A stretch of 63,107 bases of DNA, filler included, from Octopus bimaculoides (GCF_001194135.2; 8 parts of 8 records of this genome joined end to end with filler, not necessarily neighbours in it); one strand, 5' to 3'. Numbered from the whole stretch's first letter, positions 1 to 12,577 are shown. Numbers and translations: made by a program. The notes: generated by a model not told the origin, from the letters alone.

Positions 1-284
1 GGCCTCTTTTGCCGGACCGCTAAGTTACGGGGACGTAAACACACCAGCATCGGTTGTCAAGCGATGTTGGGGGACAAACACAGGCACACAAGCACACACA
101 TACACACATATACATATATACGACAGGCTTCTTTCAGTTTCCGTCTACCAAATCCACTCACAAGGCTTTGGTCGGCCCGAGGCAATAGTAGAAGACACTT
201 GCCCAAGGTGCCACGCAGTGGGACTGAACCCAGATCCATGTGGTTGGTAAGCAAGCTACTTACCACACAGCCACTCCTGCGCCT
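1..284 (-). mobile_element. SINE family A (tRNA-like head, CORE-like segment, internal TA/TG microsatellite, 3' half); cut by the window edge
   Basis: Reverse strand reads AGGCGCAGGAGTGGCTGTGTGGTAAGTAGC...GGGTTCAGTCCC (A/B-box-like), then GGCACCTTGGGCAAGTGTCTT. Near-identical copies occur at 4509, 49455, 53052, 61745 and 63072. Confidence 0.9.
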
Positions 285-317
285 ATATATATATATTCTC
301 CTTATTGTTTTCTCCAT

Positions 318-475
318 GTTTCTCTCCTTATTTCTTTCTGTTTTTCTTTCAGTTGAAGAGTGTAGCTCGAAACGCCAAAGACTTTCTCTATTCCCAAGCG
401 TTAAACTAATACATCCATTTATTGTTTACACCACCTGTCTTCGTCTGTTGTTTTTTTCGTAAATTCTTCCATATA
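318..475 (+). repeat. Short dispersed repeat (PLE pLTR-like) with a decayed hammerhead motif at 345-381
   Basis: Aligns by eye with 35528-35685. Motif reads TCTTT CAGTTGAA GAGTGTAGCTC GAA ACGC C AAAGA. Confidence 0.6.
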
Positions 476-777
476 TATACATATATATATATACATATAT
501 ATATATACACACACACAAATATATAAAAACACTACGCTCATGACTATATTAGGAGATAAGGCATGAAACATTTCAAAAGTAATGAGAAATGAATATGCAC
601 AGTCATTAATACAGTATTAGTTAATGATTAATATTGTATTTTGTTTATATATGCAACACATATCTATACATATATGCAATGCGTATTTATACACTGCACA
701 CCTGTCTCTTTTCCTCTTCCAACCCTGCAAACCTAGCATGTCATCTTTCTTTTGCATTCACTCCCTCCATGTTTTTG

Positions 778-955
778 GTACCTCCATCAGTTACAACAAG
801 GGTTCCAGTTGATCTGATCAATAGAAAATCCTGCTTTGGAAATTAACATACAAGTGGTTGAGCACTCCACAGACACGTGTACCCTTAACTTAGTTCTCAG
901 GAAGATTCAGCATGACACAGAGTGTGACAAGATTATCCCTTTGAAATACAGGTAC
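778..955 (-). mobile_element. SINE family B, 3' half
   Basis: Matches the GGTTCCAGTTGATC...GAGCACTCCACAGACACGTGTACCCTTAAC segment at 3745-3900. Confidence 0.8.
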
Positions 956-1494
956 TCTTTTACTTGTTTCAGTCATTTGGGGAGGTGGAGGTGATGGAGA
1001 GGAGGTGGTGGAGAGGTGGATGTCGTGGAGAGGAGGTGGAGGTCGTGGAGAGGAGGTGGAGGTGGCAGAGAGGCAGAAGAGGATATATATTTCTAATTAG
1101 GTTTTTAATGCTATTTGCATTGCATTAATTATGCTAACCCTTACATACCTACTCAAATCATCGTTTGCTACTATTTCTCTTCACCAAATCCAAATGAATC
1201 CAAAAGTTGGACATTAACTAAACCGAAAATCTTCAAGAATAGCCTCTTCAGAAGTGAATGTGTTATATGTTTCAATATTCCATTTCCAGTAATATGTTTG
1301 TCATTGGGACGCATTTAAAATGGCAAAAATGATGTAAATTCCACAGGACAAAGTAAGTTATAACAGCAATGAAGAGCTTTTGTTGGACTTTACAGAGTTA
1401 GAATAGCTAAACCAACAAGGGACTTTGGTTGTGACATAAATATATAAATAACTTCACTTGACATTGTTCAAATCGGACCTATACATGTTATATA

Positions 1495-2005
1495 AGGAAT
1501 GGTCATTGTCATTCTCATCATCATCATCTTCAGCATTATCAATGTCATTAATGTTGTTGTCATCATTGTCTTTGTCGTCCTCACCATAATTGTCATCATA
1601 GACACTGCCATCATCATCAGCCACCCTTATCGTCAACCACCATCCCATTAACATCATCATTGTCATCCTCACCATCACCATCACTATTGTTGTTGTTTTT
1701 GTCGTTGTCATTGTCATTACCATCATCATCAACATCATTACTAATATTGTTGTCATCAACATCGTTGATAACATCTTTGTTGCCATCCTTAACATCATCA
1801 TCATCATCATCACCATTAACATCATCATCATCAGTTTCATCAACATCATCATCACCATCATCATCATTGTTGTCATCATCATCGTCATTGTCAATAGTTG
1901 CCTTAACATCAGTGTCATCACCATCAATATCACCATCATCAGCAGCCATCATTGTAGTTGTCAATGGCAACAACATCACTGCCAGCATAATCATCGTCGT
2001 TAAGT
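1495..2005. repeat. Degenerate (CAT/GAT)n trinucleotide tract
   Basis: Continuous CAT/CAC/TGT triplets that give poly-D, poly-M and poly-S ORFs in several frames. Confidence 0.85.
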
Positions 2006-2237
2006 AGACTGACAAAAGCTAAATAATTTCAATTTAATAATAAAAAAAATTGGTTAATGAGAAAAAAAGCATCAAAAAATGAATAATGAACACATCAGAC
2101 AGGGAGAGGTTAAATGAAAGAAAAAGTGAAAGTAGATAAAAGAAAAAGCATAATTAAGTGAATGAATCATTTTAAACGTAGTGAGAATTACTATCTCGTT
2201 AGATCAGAAACAAGTGTAGGATTTCAGAAGGCTATAA

Positions 2238-2392
2238 TTGTTTCAAGTTTTGGTCCAAGGCCAGCAATTTTGAAAGAAGTGGTTTAGTTGAATACATCAG
2301 CCTTAACACTAGAAGGGTACTTCGTTTTATCAACCCTGAAGGAATGAAAGAAAATGTTGTCTTGGATGGTATTTGAACTCACAATGTAAAGA
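2238..2392 (-). mobile_element. SINE family C, decayed
   Basis: TTTCAAGTTTTGGTCCAAGGCCAGC...CAACCCTGAAGGAATGAAAG...ATTTGAACTC matches the reverse of family C. Confidence 0.7.
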
Positions 2393-2539
2393 AGTGTGGC
2401 TGTATGGTAAGAGGTTTTCTTCTTAACTACATGGTTCAGAGTTCAGTCTTCTACTATAGCCACAGGCCAACCAAAGCCTTGCAAGTGGATTTGGTAGACA
2501 AAATCTGAAAGATTGTGAGTGGATTAGGTAGATGGAATC

Positions 2540-2582
<43 letters not shown>

Positions 2583-2805
2583 TGCATATGTATATGATGT
2601 CTGTGTTTGTCCCCACCACCACCCCTTGACAACTGGTGCTGGTTTGTTTACATCCCCATAGCTAATCGATTTGGCAAAACATACCAAAAGACTAAGTACC
2701 AGTACTTTAAAAAGGTAAGTACTATGGTTGATAATTTCAATTAAAGATTCTTCAAGGTGGTGCCCCAGCATGGTCACAGTTTAATGACTGAAACAAATAA
2801 AAGAT
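2393..2805 (+). mobile_element. SINE family A, diverged full-length copy with internal (TA)n
   Basis: Head, ...GTGGATTTGGTAGAC..., (TA)n, then TGTTTGTCCCC...ATGACTGAAACAAATAAAAG. Confidence 0.8.
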
Positions 2806-3719
2806 AAAAGATAGATGCAACCAAGCTTTTTGTCTGATGAACTAATGATTCTGTCAGCTTGTTGCCTATTTAAAATTACACATAATATGTAGTATTAGAT
2901 ATTATACATACTAAATTAAATATAATACATGATGAGTGATAATACTTAACAAATAGAGCTTAACTACAATTACCATCACCATCATCAACAACAGCCATTG
3001 AATACGTGTTGGTCTATTTGATTGTGAAGAATTCTAGCAATATTTGAAATAAAGAAAATGAGGAGGGATTAGAAATCATATAATACAAAATCATATCAGA
3101 CAGGATTATCTCTAGTTAATAATATTAAATCACGTAAAGGATTTAATGGATTAAGAAATTAAAAACATTGAAACAGAATATTAGCTTTTTCTTTTCTTTT
3201 TTTTTTAATCATGTAGTTTAGAGTTAGCCATTTTGTCTGTCTTTCTGTATGTTTTTCTGAAATATGCTACCTTTATTTATTTCACATAATTTTGAAAATA
3301 AAGAAGTTTATAAAATAAGTGTCATTACTAAGCTAGTATTTTACATTCTGGGTTTAAATTCTTCTGAGGTTGACTTTGCCTTTCATCCTTTCAGGGTCGA
3401 TAAATTAAGTACTGGAGTTGAAGGGATCTACTTTCCCCCTCCCCGTAAATTCTAGGTCTTGTGACTATAGTAGGCATACACACACACATAAACATAGATA
3501 TATATATATACATATATGATGGGCTTCTTTTAGTTCCCATTGCCAAAACCACTCACAAGGTTTTGGTCAGCCTGGAACTGTCATAGAAGATACTTGCCCA
3601 TAATGTCATGCAGTAGGACTGAACCCAATGTGGAGAAGTAAATTTATTACTGCATATATACATACATATATTCGTGCATACACACACTCATACATACATA
3701 CATACATGTTGTCGTTGTT

Positions 3720-4100
3720 GTTGGTACTCCATCGCTTACGACGTCAAGGGTTCCAGTTGATCCAGTCAACGAAACAGCCTGCTCGTGAAATTAACTTGCA
3801 AGTGGCTGAGCACTCCACAGATACGTGTACCCTTAACATAGTTCTCGGGGATATTCAGCATCACACAGTATGACAAGGCTGGCCCTTTGAAATGCAGGTA
3901 CAACAGAAACAGGAAGAAAGAGTGAGAGAAAGTTGTGGTGAGAGAGTACAGCACGGTTCGCCACCATCCCCTGCCGGAGCCTCGTAGAGCTTTCAGGTGT
4001 TTTTGCTCAATAAACACTCACAACGCCCAGTCTGGGAATCAAAACTGCGATCCTATGACCGCCAGTCCACTACCCTAACCACTGGGCCATTGCGCCTCCA
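3720..4100 (-). mobile_element. SINE family B, full length
   Basis: Reverse strand starts GGAGGCGCAATGGCCCAGTGGTTAGGG (A box) with TTTGATTCCC (B-box-like). Same family as 34780-35102 and 60645. Confidence 0.9.
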
Positions 4101-4282
4101 CTACATACATACATACATACATACATACATACATACATACTAGCATAAACAGAACAAAATGTAACTCCCATTTGAAATTTAATTAAATCTTTAAGGTATA
4201 TTACCTGAAGTTAAAAAAAAATATTGTATGTAATATATATATATATATAGGTACAGGTATGTGTGTGTGTATTTTTGTGTCT

Positions 4283-4880
4283 TTGTGTCTGTGTTTGTAC
4301 CCCACTACTGCCTGACAACCAGTTTTGGTGTGTTTGTCTTCATAACTTAGCAGTTCAGTAAAAAGAATTGATAGAATAAGTACCAGGCTTTAAAACAAAT
4401 AAGTACTAGGGTCAGTTCATTCAGGCGTTGCCCCAGCAAGGCCACAGCCTGATGACTGAAACAAGTAAAAAGTAAAAGATATGTGTGTGTGTGTGTGTGT
4501 GTACATATAGGCACTGGAGTGACTGTGTGGTAAGTAGCTTGCTTACTAACCATATGGTTCTGAGTTCAGTCCCACTGCGTGGCACCTTGGGCAAGTGTCT
4601 TCCGCTATAGCCTTGGGCCAACCAAAGACTTGTGAGTGGATTTGGTAGATGGAAACTGAAAGAAGCCCGTCGTATATGTGTGTGTGTGTGTGTGCTTGTG
4701 TGTCTGTGTTTGTCCCCCCCCCCCAACATCGCTTGACAACCAATGCTGGTGTGTTTATGTCCCTATAACTTAGCAGTTTGGCAAAATAGACTGATAGAAT
4801 AAGTCCTGAGGTCTATTTGTTTGACTAAAGGCAATGCTCCAGCATGGCCACAGTCAAATGACTGAAACAAATAAAAGAAT
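4283..4880 (+). mobile_element. SINE family A: an isolated 3' half (4283-4475) followed by a full copy (4509-4880)
   Basis: Sequence match to the other family A copies; internal (TG)n. Confidence 0.85.
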
Positions 4881-5074
4881 AAATATACATATATNNNNNN
4901 NNNNNNNNNNNNNNNNNNNNNNNNNNNNNNNNNNNNNNNNNNNNNNNNNNNNNNNNNNNNNNNNCGCCATTTTATATTTTTAATTTTGCACATGTACATT
5001 GTTTTTGATTTTGTCAACTACATGGTATGAACATTTCAGAGTGTTTGAGTGTCAATCTGAGGACATGTACCAAG

Positions 5075-5654
5075 AGTGATACAAATCAAACATCCAGTCA
5101 ATATCATTGTGTTGGGACTGATCACTAGTGATGGTGACATTATGCCTCAATTAATCTTCTCACACGACCTCACACTCAACACAGAGACCTACATTGAGTG
5201 CCTGGAGGAGGAAATGCTGCCCTGGGTCAAGAGGGTGGCTGCTGGATGACCCTATGTCTGACAACAGGACTCTGCACTATGCCACACAAGCAGGAGAATT
5301 CAGTCATGGTTGTTAAACAATTTCTGTGACCACATCGCCCCTACCTAACTCCCTAGGCTGCAACACCCTTGACTATTATGTATAGGGTGCAGTTGAGCAA
5401 AAGCCTGAAGGCAAGGATTATGGCAGCATTCACCAACTTAGATAAGGAGAATGTCCAGAGGCAAGAGATTCCAAAGTTGGCTGGAGGTCATGGTTGAAGT
5501 CAATGATGATTTTATTGAATAAATTTACTCTTTAGTATTTCAAGATATTTTTATGTAATTTTGGTAAATACATCTGTATATCTGTTAAAATAGGATGTCA
5601 GTGTTATTTTAATTTTTGCATAATCTAGACAACAATGTATTCACTGCACCCTGT
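5075..5654 (+). mobile_element. Tc1/mariner-superfamily transposase remnant, possibly DD37D/maT-like
   Basis: Translates KHPVNIIVLGLITSDGDIMPQLIF...YIECLEEEMLPWVKRVAAG*PYV*QQDSALCHTS...PNS..LDYY. Ends in GCACCCTGT, a TIR-like end. Contains stops and frameshifts. Confidence 0.8.
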
Positions 5655-7357
5655 GTGTATATATATATAACCTTTTTTTATTATTAAAGCTGCAAGAGCA
5701 TCACAAAAACTGCTACTCAGAGTTTCATGTTCCCATTCATTGGGCATTTGTGATTGAAATTCTTGATCACAATTGCCCAACAAATGTGGATATGAAACTC
5801 TGATTAACAGACTTTTGTGATGTTCTTGCAGCTTTAATACTAAAAAGACAAAAGCATATTACTCTACCTCCAGCATTTGAGTACTATTTTTTTTCCACTT
5901 TGTTTTGCCTTTATATGCTTACTCATGCATATATATATATATATATATATATATANNNNNNNNNNNNNNNNNNNNNNNNNNNNNNNNNNNNNNNNNNNNN
6001 NNNNNNNNNNNNNNNNNNNNNNNNNNNNNNNNNNNNNNNNNNNNNNNNNNNNNNNNNNNNNNNNNNNNNNNNNNNNNNNNNNNNNNNNNNNNNNNNNNNN
6101 NNNNNNNNNNNNNNNNNNNNNNNNNNNNNNNNNNNNNNNNNNNNNNNNNNNNNNNNNNNNNNNNNNNNNNNNNNNNNNNNNNNNNNNNNNNNNNNNNNNN
6201 NNNNNNNNNNNNNNNNNNNNNNNNNNNNNNNNNNNNNNNNNNNNNNNNNNNNNNNNNNNNNNNNNNNNNNNNNNNNNNNNNNNNNNNNNNNNNNNNNNNN
6301 NNNNNNNNNNNNNNNNNNNNNNNNNNNNNNNNNNNNNNNNNNNNNNNNNNNNNNNNNNNNNNNNNNNNNNNNNNNNNNNNNNNNNNNNNNNNNNNNNNNN
6401 NNNNNNNNNNNNNNNNNNNNNNNNNNNNNNNNNNNNNNNNNNNNNNNNNNNNNNNNNNNNNNNNNNNNNNNNNNNNNNNNNNNNNNNNNNNNNNNNNNNN
6501 NNNNNNNNNNNNNNNNNNNNNNNNNNNNNNNNNNNNNNNNNNNNNNNNNNNNNNNNNNNNNNNNNNNNNNNNNNNNNNNNNNNNNNNNNNNNNNNNNNNN
6601 NNNNNNNNNNNNNNNNNNNNNNNNNNNNNNNNNNNNNNNNNNNNNNNNNNNNNNNNNNNNNNNNNNNNNNNNNNNNNNNNNNNNNNNNNNNNNNNNNNNN
6701 NNNNNNNNNNNNNNNNNNNNNNNNNNNNNNNNNNNNNNNNNNNNNNNNNNNNNNNNNNNNNNNNNNNNNNNNNNNNNNNNAAAAGTCTATAGTTATACAT
6801 ACGTATATACTTATATACATATATATATATATATATATTCATGCATACACACACTCATACATACATACATACATACACACACACACATACATACATACAT
6901 AGGTGGTTAAGCAACAAGGCGAGGTCCATAGTTAGCTATATATGTGTACATTCATGTATATACATGCATATATATTCATGTATATGTATGTATATGAATA
7001 TATATATTCATGTATATATATGTATATATTCAGACATTTCCAAAATGGAACCAGCAGAACTGAGAAAAGTTTTGTAGATGTGCATGCAGATGTGAGGGGG
7101 AACTTTCTCTGTCATGGTGAATGGGATGATCACATGCTACACACCTTCCTTCCAAGCTCTGCTGTAAACAGCAGAAGTCAGCTAGAATGTTAAAACTTAG
7201 TGCACATGCACAACAGAGTTCAAGGTCAATCTGTGCCATGCAGCCTCACCCTCCATGCTTTAGCTTCGTTACTATAGCAACAGTTCAGATACTTATTAAT
7301 CAGACCACATATATATACCTATACACATGCAAAAACACACACATGAATTTTCAATTG

Positions 7358-7427
7358 GCCGGATAACTGAAGAGATGTTGGTGTGGGCTCCCACCCTGGC
7401 ATCTGAAACTCGGAGTTTTATCATGGC
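7358..7427 (+). ncRNA. Type I hammerhead ribozyme fold within a pLTR-like repeat (about 7340-7515)
   Basis: Stem I GATAA/TTATC (extended by GCC/GGC); core CTGAAGA; 13-position stem II with one mismatch; one extra T; GAA; stem III ACTC-G-GAGT; GUU triplet. Confidence 0.7.
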
Positions 7428-7517
7428 TACTGAATAAGTGTCATATTTTTACAGATAAATTCCTCTATTTGCATAATATCGAGGTTTCTTTCTTTCTTTT
7501 GTTGTCCTTCCTGTCAA

Positions 7518-7634
<117 letters not shown>

Positions 7635-7640
7635 TTAATA

Positions 7641-7950
7641 TGCATGGCTCAGTGGTTCAAGTGTTGGGCTCACAATCATGAGATAGTGAGTTCGATTCCC
7701 AGACTGGGCTGTGTTCTGTGTTCTGAAGCAAGACACTTTATTTCATATTGCTCTGATTCACTCAGCTATAGAAATGAGTTGCAATGTCACTGGTGCCAAG
7801 CTATATCGGCCTTTCTTTTGGATAACATCAGTGGCATGGAGAGAGGAAGCTGGTATTCATGAGCAGCTGCTGGTCTTTCAAAAACCTTGCCTGGACTTGT
7901 GCCTCAGAGGATAGCCTTTGAGGTGCAATTTCATGGTCACGTATGACCGA
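7641..7950 (+). mobile_element. tRNA-headed SINE, B-related, with CORE-like segment
   Basis: TGGCTCAGTGGTT (A box), GAGTTCGATTCCC (B box), then GCAAGACACTTTATTTCA. Confidence 0.75.
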
Positions 7951-9961
7951 AGGGGTCTTTACCCTTTTATACACACACACATTTATATATATATATATAT
8001 ATATATATTTGTATATTTAGATCTCTACCAAATATTTGGTAAAAATATTGTACCTGTTATCGACGTAGCAAAATTTTCATATGAAAGGTTGTTTATCAGA
8101 CAATTTTGTGTGCATATCAATTTAAATAAGAGCGATCCATCGTAAAAACTTTTTTAATGACCTATGTACATTTTGATGCAATATCCTGACTCACTCTTGT
8201 CTGTGATAAAAATTGGAATATTGTATCTCTTCAGGGTCAGGTTAGATTAATTCATACCAGACAGTAAATAACAGACAGCATTAATAGTTGTCCTTAAATT
8301 ACATGTGTATAAACAGGTTGTAATGACATGAAACATATTGAAACCGCATACAATATCGGTTAAGAAAACCGCTATATAGTAAAGTAAGTAGTGTAATATA
8401 TATATAATAGTAATATATATATATATAGAGAGAGAGAGACAGACAGATAGATAGATAGGCATTGACTGACAGACAGAGATAGATAGATAGACAGATAAAG
8501 AGAGATTTAATTGATAAATTTATAGAGAGGGAGTGACAGAGAGAGAGCACTAACACAGACATATGCACAGCAAAATGCAAAAAAAAAATACACACAAACG
8601 CACACAGACATGCACACACACACAACTACTACACACATTTACACATAATACACACATCCACAAAGCTTGAGTTACCATACACAGCCTGAGAATTCACACA
8701 CACACACACTCCTGATTAGGTGGTGTTATTTATTATCACCTAGTTTAATTAAAGGTAAACAAATCACCAATTTAAAGAGAATAAGAAACAAACTTAAGGG
8801 AGAAAAAGATTGAGAAAAAAATCTCCTCTTAAAATTAAACATAAGCAGAATTTCTTCGGAAATTGTATTTCTAAATATAACTACATACAAGTAACCTTTA
8901 CAATCAATGTGTATTGCTTCTGAGAGCTTGGATATTGGTAGATGATGGTAGGATGGGGCAGGTGGTCTGATGGCAATGTGTATGTATACAAGTGCATTTG
9001 CAACCTTGTGAATATATGCATGTGTATCAGTGTATGTGTTTTGTATGCATGTATTTATATATATGTATATATATATATATATAAGTATATATACATATAT
9101 ATATATATATATATANNNNNNNNNNNNNNNNNNNNNNNNNNNNNNNNNNNNNNNNNNNNNNNNNNNNNNNNNNNNNNNNNNNNNNNNNNNNNNNNNNNNN
9201 NNNNNNNNNNNNNNNNNNNNNNNNNNNNNNNNNNNNNNNNNNNNNNNNNNNNNNNNNNNNNNNNNNNNNNNNNNNNNNNNNNNNNNNNNNNNNNNNNNNN
9301 NNNNNNNNNNNNNNNNNNNNNNNNNNNNNNNNNNNNNNNNNNNNNNNNNNNNNNNNNNNNNNNNNNNNNNNNNNNNNNNNNNNNNNNNNNNNNNNNNNNN
9401 NNNNNNNNNNNNNNNNNNNNNNNNNNNNNNNNNNNNNNNNNNNNNNNNNNNNNNNNNNNNNNNNNNNNNNNNNNNNNNNNNNNNNNNNNNNNNNNNNNNN
9501 NNNNNNNNNNNNNNNNNNNNNNNNNNNNNNNNNNNNNNNNNNNNNNNNNNNNNNNNNNNNNNNNNNNNNNNNNNNNNNNNNNNNNNNNNNNNNNNNNNNN
9601 NNNNNNNNNNNNNNNNNNNNNNNNNNNNNNNNNNNNNNNNNNNNNNNNNNNNNNNNNNNNNNNNNNNNNNNNNNNNNNNNNNNNNNNNNNNNNNNNNNNN
9701 NNNNNNNNNNNNNNNNNNNNNNNNNNNNNNNNNNNNNNNNNNNNNNNNNNNNNNNNNNNNNNNNNNNNNNNNNNNNNNNNNNNNNNNTATATATATATAT
9801 ATATGTATGTATATATAAATATATTATGGAGATGTACTTGCATAGCAAGTGAACTGATCTGAGATCGTGTGCTGAAGCAAAAACAATCGCAGTGTGGAAG
9901 GTGTTTATAAGCCATTTAAAAACACACGAAAACCATTAGATTCACTTCAACATTTAAATTT

Positions 9962-10017
9962 AATTTGTCAAAATATTTTCGTCACTTTGGAACTGCGATC
10001 TGTTCACTGACAAAATT
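9962..10017 (-). ncRNA. Hammerhead-like fold with G3:C8-swapped core, within a repeat (about 9823-10020)
   Basis: TTTGTCA-GTGAACA-GATCGC(AGTTCCAAA)GTGAC-GAA-AATATT-T-TGACAAA: 7-bp stem I and palindromic stem III. Confidence 0.55.
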
Positions 10018-10104
10018 CTATGTTGCATATATACATATAAACATACGGAGACAAAAACTGACAAACAAGGAGATACTGACAGATACATGTGAGTGTGTAT
10101 GTGT

Positions 10105-10250
10105 ATCATCATCATCATCATCATCATCAGTATCATTTTAACATTTAGTTTTCCATGCTTGCATGGATAAGATGGAGTTTATTGGTGCAGGTTTTCTACA
10201 ACTGGATGCCTTTTCTGTTGCCAGCCCTAACCTGTTTCCAAACGAGATAG
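10105..10250 (-). mobile_element. RTE-type 3' tail fragment with (GAT)n end
   Basis: (CAT)n followed by TTTTCCATGCTTGCATGG...CTGGATGCC, similar to the reverse of 16350-16500. Confidence 0.6.
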
Positions 10251-10269
10251 TATTTCCCCTCCTCGCGTG

Positions 10270-10582
10270 AAGGCACGTGGCTTAGTGGTTAAGGCATTCC
10301 ACTCGTGATCATAAGGTCATGAGTTCAGTTTCCAGCAACATGTTGTATCCTTGAGCAAGACACTTTATTTCACGTTGCTCCAGTCCACTCAGCTGGCAAA
10401 AATGAGTAGTACTTGTATTTCAAAGGGCCAACTTTGTCACACGGACTCTCCCTGAGAACTACATTAAGGGTATACATGTCTGTGGAGTGCTCAGCCACTT
10501 GCACGTTAATTTCACGAGCAGGCTGTTCCATTGATCAGATCAACTGGAACCCTCGACGTCGTAAGCGACAGAGTGCACCGCT
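10270..10582 (+). mobile_element. tRNA-headed SINE with CORE-like segment and family B 3' half
   Basis: TGGCTTAGTGGTT; GAGTTCAGTTTCC; TTGAGCAAGACACTTTATTTCACGTTGCTCCAGTCCACTCAGC; B-type 3' end. Confidence 0.85.
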
Positions 10583-10690
10583 CCTCTCTATATATGTCCT
10601 TATATATATCTGTACACACACACACACATATATGTGTAGATAGATAGATAGATAGATAGACAGATAGATAGATAGATAAATAGATAGATC

Positions 10691-10758
<68 letters not shown>

Positions 10759-12043
10759 TACATATATTTTTATTAATATTTAACAGAAGTAACAGTGATT
10801 CAAGGTTCGAGAGCTTCATGTGTTAGCTCTCATCAAGATATACATTTATATATATGCTTTTATATTTGGTGTGGTCATCTTTTGCTAATTACACACATGC
10901 ACTATTTATTTGTTCATCAATTTAGTTTCATTATTATAATCATTAGTTTTTTTGCCAGAGTTCTTTTGTCACACATTATCACCTCTTCAGTGACTTTCTC
11001 TCCCACATGTCTTCTCTTGTTCCATAAATATCAATATATGTATATATATATATATATATATATNNNNNNNNNNNNNNNNNNNNNNNNNNNNNNNNNNNNN
11101 NNNNNNNNNNNNNNNNNNNNNNNNNNNNNNNNNNNNNNNNNNNNNNNNNNNNNNNNNNNNNNNNNNNNNNNNNNNNNNNNNNNNNNNNNNNNNNNNNNNN
11201 NNNNNNNNNNNNNNNNNNNNNNNNNNNNNNNNNNNNNNNNNNNNNNNNNNNNNNNNNNNNNNNNNNNNNNNNNNNNNNNNNNNNNNNNNNNNNNNNNNNN
11301 NNNNNNNNNNNNNNNNNNNNNNNNNNNNNNNNNNNNNNNNNNNNNNNNNNNNNNNNNNNNNNNNNNNNNNNNNNNNNNNNNNNNNNNNNNNNNNNNNNNN
11401 NNNNNNNNNNNNNNNNNNNNNNNNNNNNNNNNNNNNNNNNNNNNNNNNNNNNNNNNNNNNNNNNNNNNNNNNNNNNNNNNNNNNNNNNNNNNNNNNNNNN
11501 NNNNNNNNNNNNNNNNNNNNNNNNNNNNNNNNNNNNNNNNNNNNNNNNNNNNNNNNNNNNNNNNNNNNNNNNNNNNNNNNNNNNNNNNNNNNNNNNNNNN
11601 NNNNNNNNNNNNNNNNNNNNNNNNNNNNNNNNNNNNNNNNNNNNNNNNNNNNNNNNNNNNNNNNNNNNNNNNNNNNNNNNNNNNNNNNNNNNNNNNNNNN
11701 NNNNNNNNNNNNNNNNNNNNNNNNNNNNNNNNNNNNNNNNNNNNNNNNNNNNNNNNNNNNNNNNNNNNNNNNNNNNNNNNNNNNNNNNNNNNNNNNNNNN
11801 NNNNNNNNNNNNNNNNNNNNNNNNNNNNNNNNNNNNNNNNNNNNNNNNNNNNNNNNNNNNNNNNNNNNNNNNNNNNNNNNNNNNNNNNNNNNNNNNNNNN
11901 NNNNNNNNNNNNNNNNNNNNNNNNNNNNNNNNNNNNNNNNNNNNNNNNNNNNNNNNNNNNNNNNNNNNNNNNNNNNNNNNNNNNNNNNNNNNNNNNNNNN
12001 NNNNNNNNNNNNNNNNNNNNNNNNNNNNNNNNNNNNNNNNNNN

Positions 12044-12339
12044 ACAAAGGCGAAACATGTCACCCCCTCAAAATAAGGGTAGAAGAACATCGCAAAGCTG
12101 TGACATGAGGAGATATTGATAAATCGGGTATAGCTGATCGTGTATGGCAAAATGGAGACCACCTCCCCCTGTGGGATGAAGTTAAAATAATAGACAGGGA
12201 ACAACACTGGAAAATACGAAAACTAAAAGAAGTAGCACATATGCTAGGACACAACAACCTCCTAAGCAGACTGAGTGCAGATATGAATAGCATATTGGAA
12301 CCGGTATTGAGGAAGGATAGAAAAATAATAGATTTATAA
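12044..12339 (+). mobile_element. Penelope-like element, GIY-YIG endonuclease C-terminus (one in-frame TGA)
   Basis: KGETCHPLKIRVEEHRKAVT*GDIDKSGIADRVWQNGDHLPLWDEVKIIDREQHWKIRKLKE... matches the Y.GET..L..R..EH...KS..A.H.W...H...W pattern. The 5' part is lost in a gap. Confidence 0.85.
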
Positions 12340-12362
12340 GCCCTAAAATTCACTCCATAATT

Positions 12363-12577
12363 GCCCACGGGCATATGGCGTAGTGGTTAAGAGCTACTAA
12401 CCCCAAGATTCTGAGTTCGATTCACGGCGACCTGATTAATAATAGTAATAATAATAATAATAATAATATAATAATAGTAACATCGTTAGGAATGAGAACC
12501 CAGGTTCAAACTTTCCCCAAGACACCTGACGAAGGCAAACAAGATGAGGACAAATATCCGTCAAATATAAATAATGA
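12363..12577 (+). mobile_element. tRNA-like head, (AAT)n and HHR-bearing body, with an internal deletion in the HHR
   Basis: TGCCCACGGGCATATGGCGTAGTGG...GTTCGATTC; body GACAC-CTGACGA-AGG followed by a deletion. Homologous to 52364-52625. Confidence 0.8.

Noticed and set aside
1454-2015. Poly-Asp, poly-Met and poly-Ser ORFs
   Set aside because: Open in several frames on both strands because of (CAT)n; no splice or start support.
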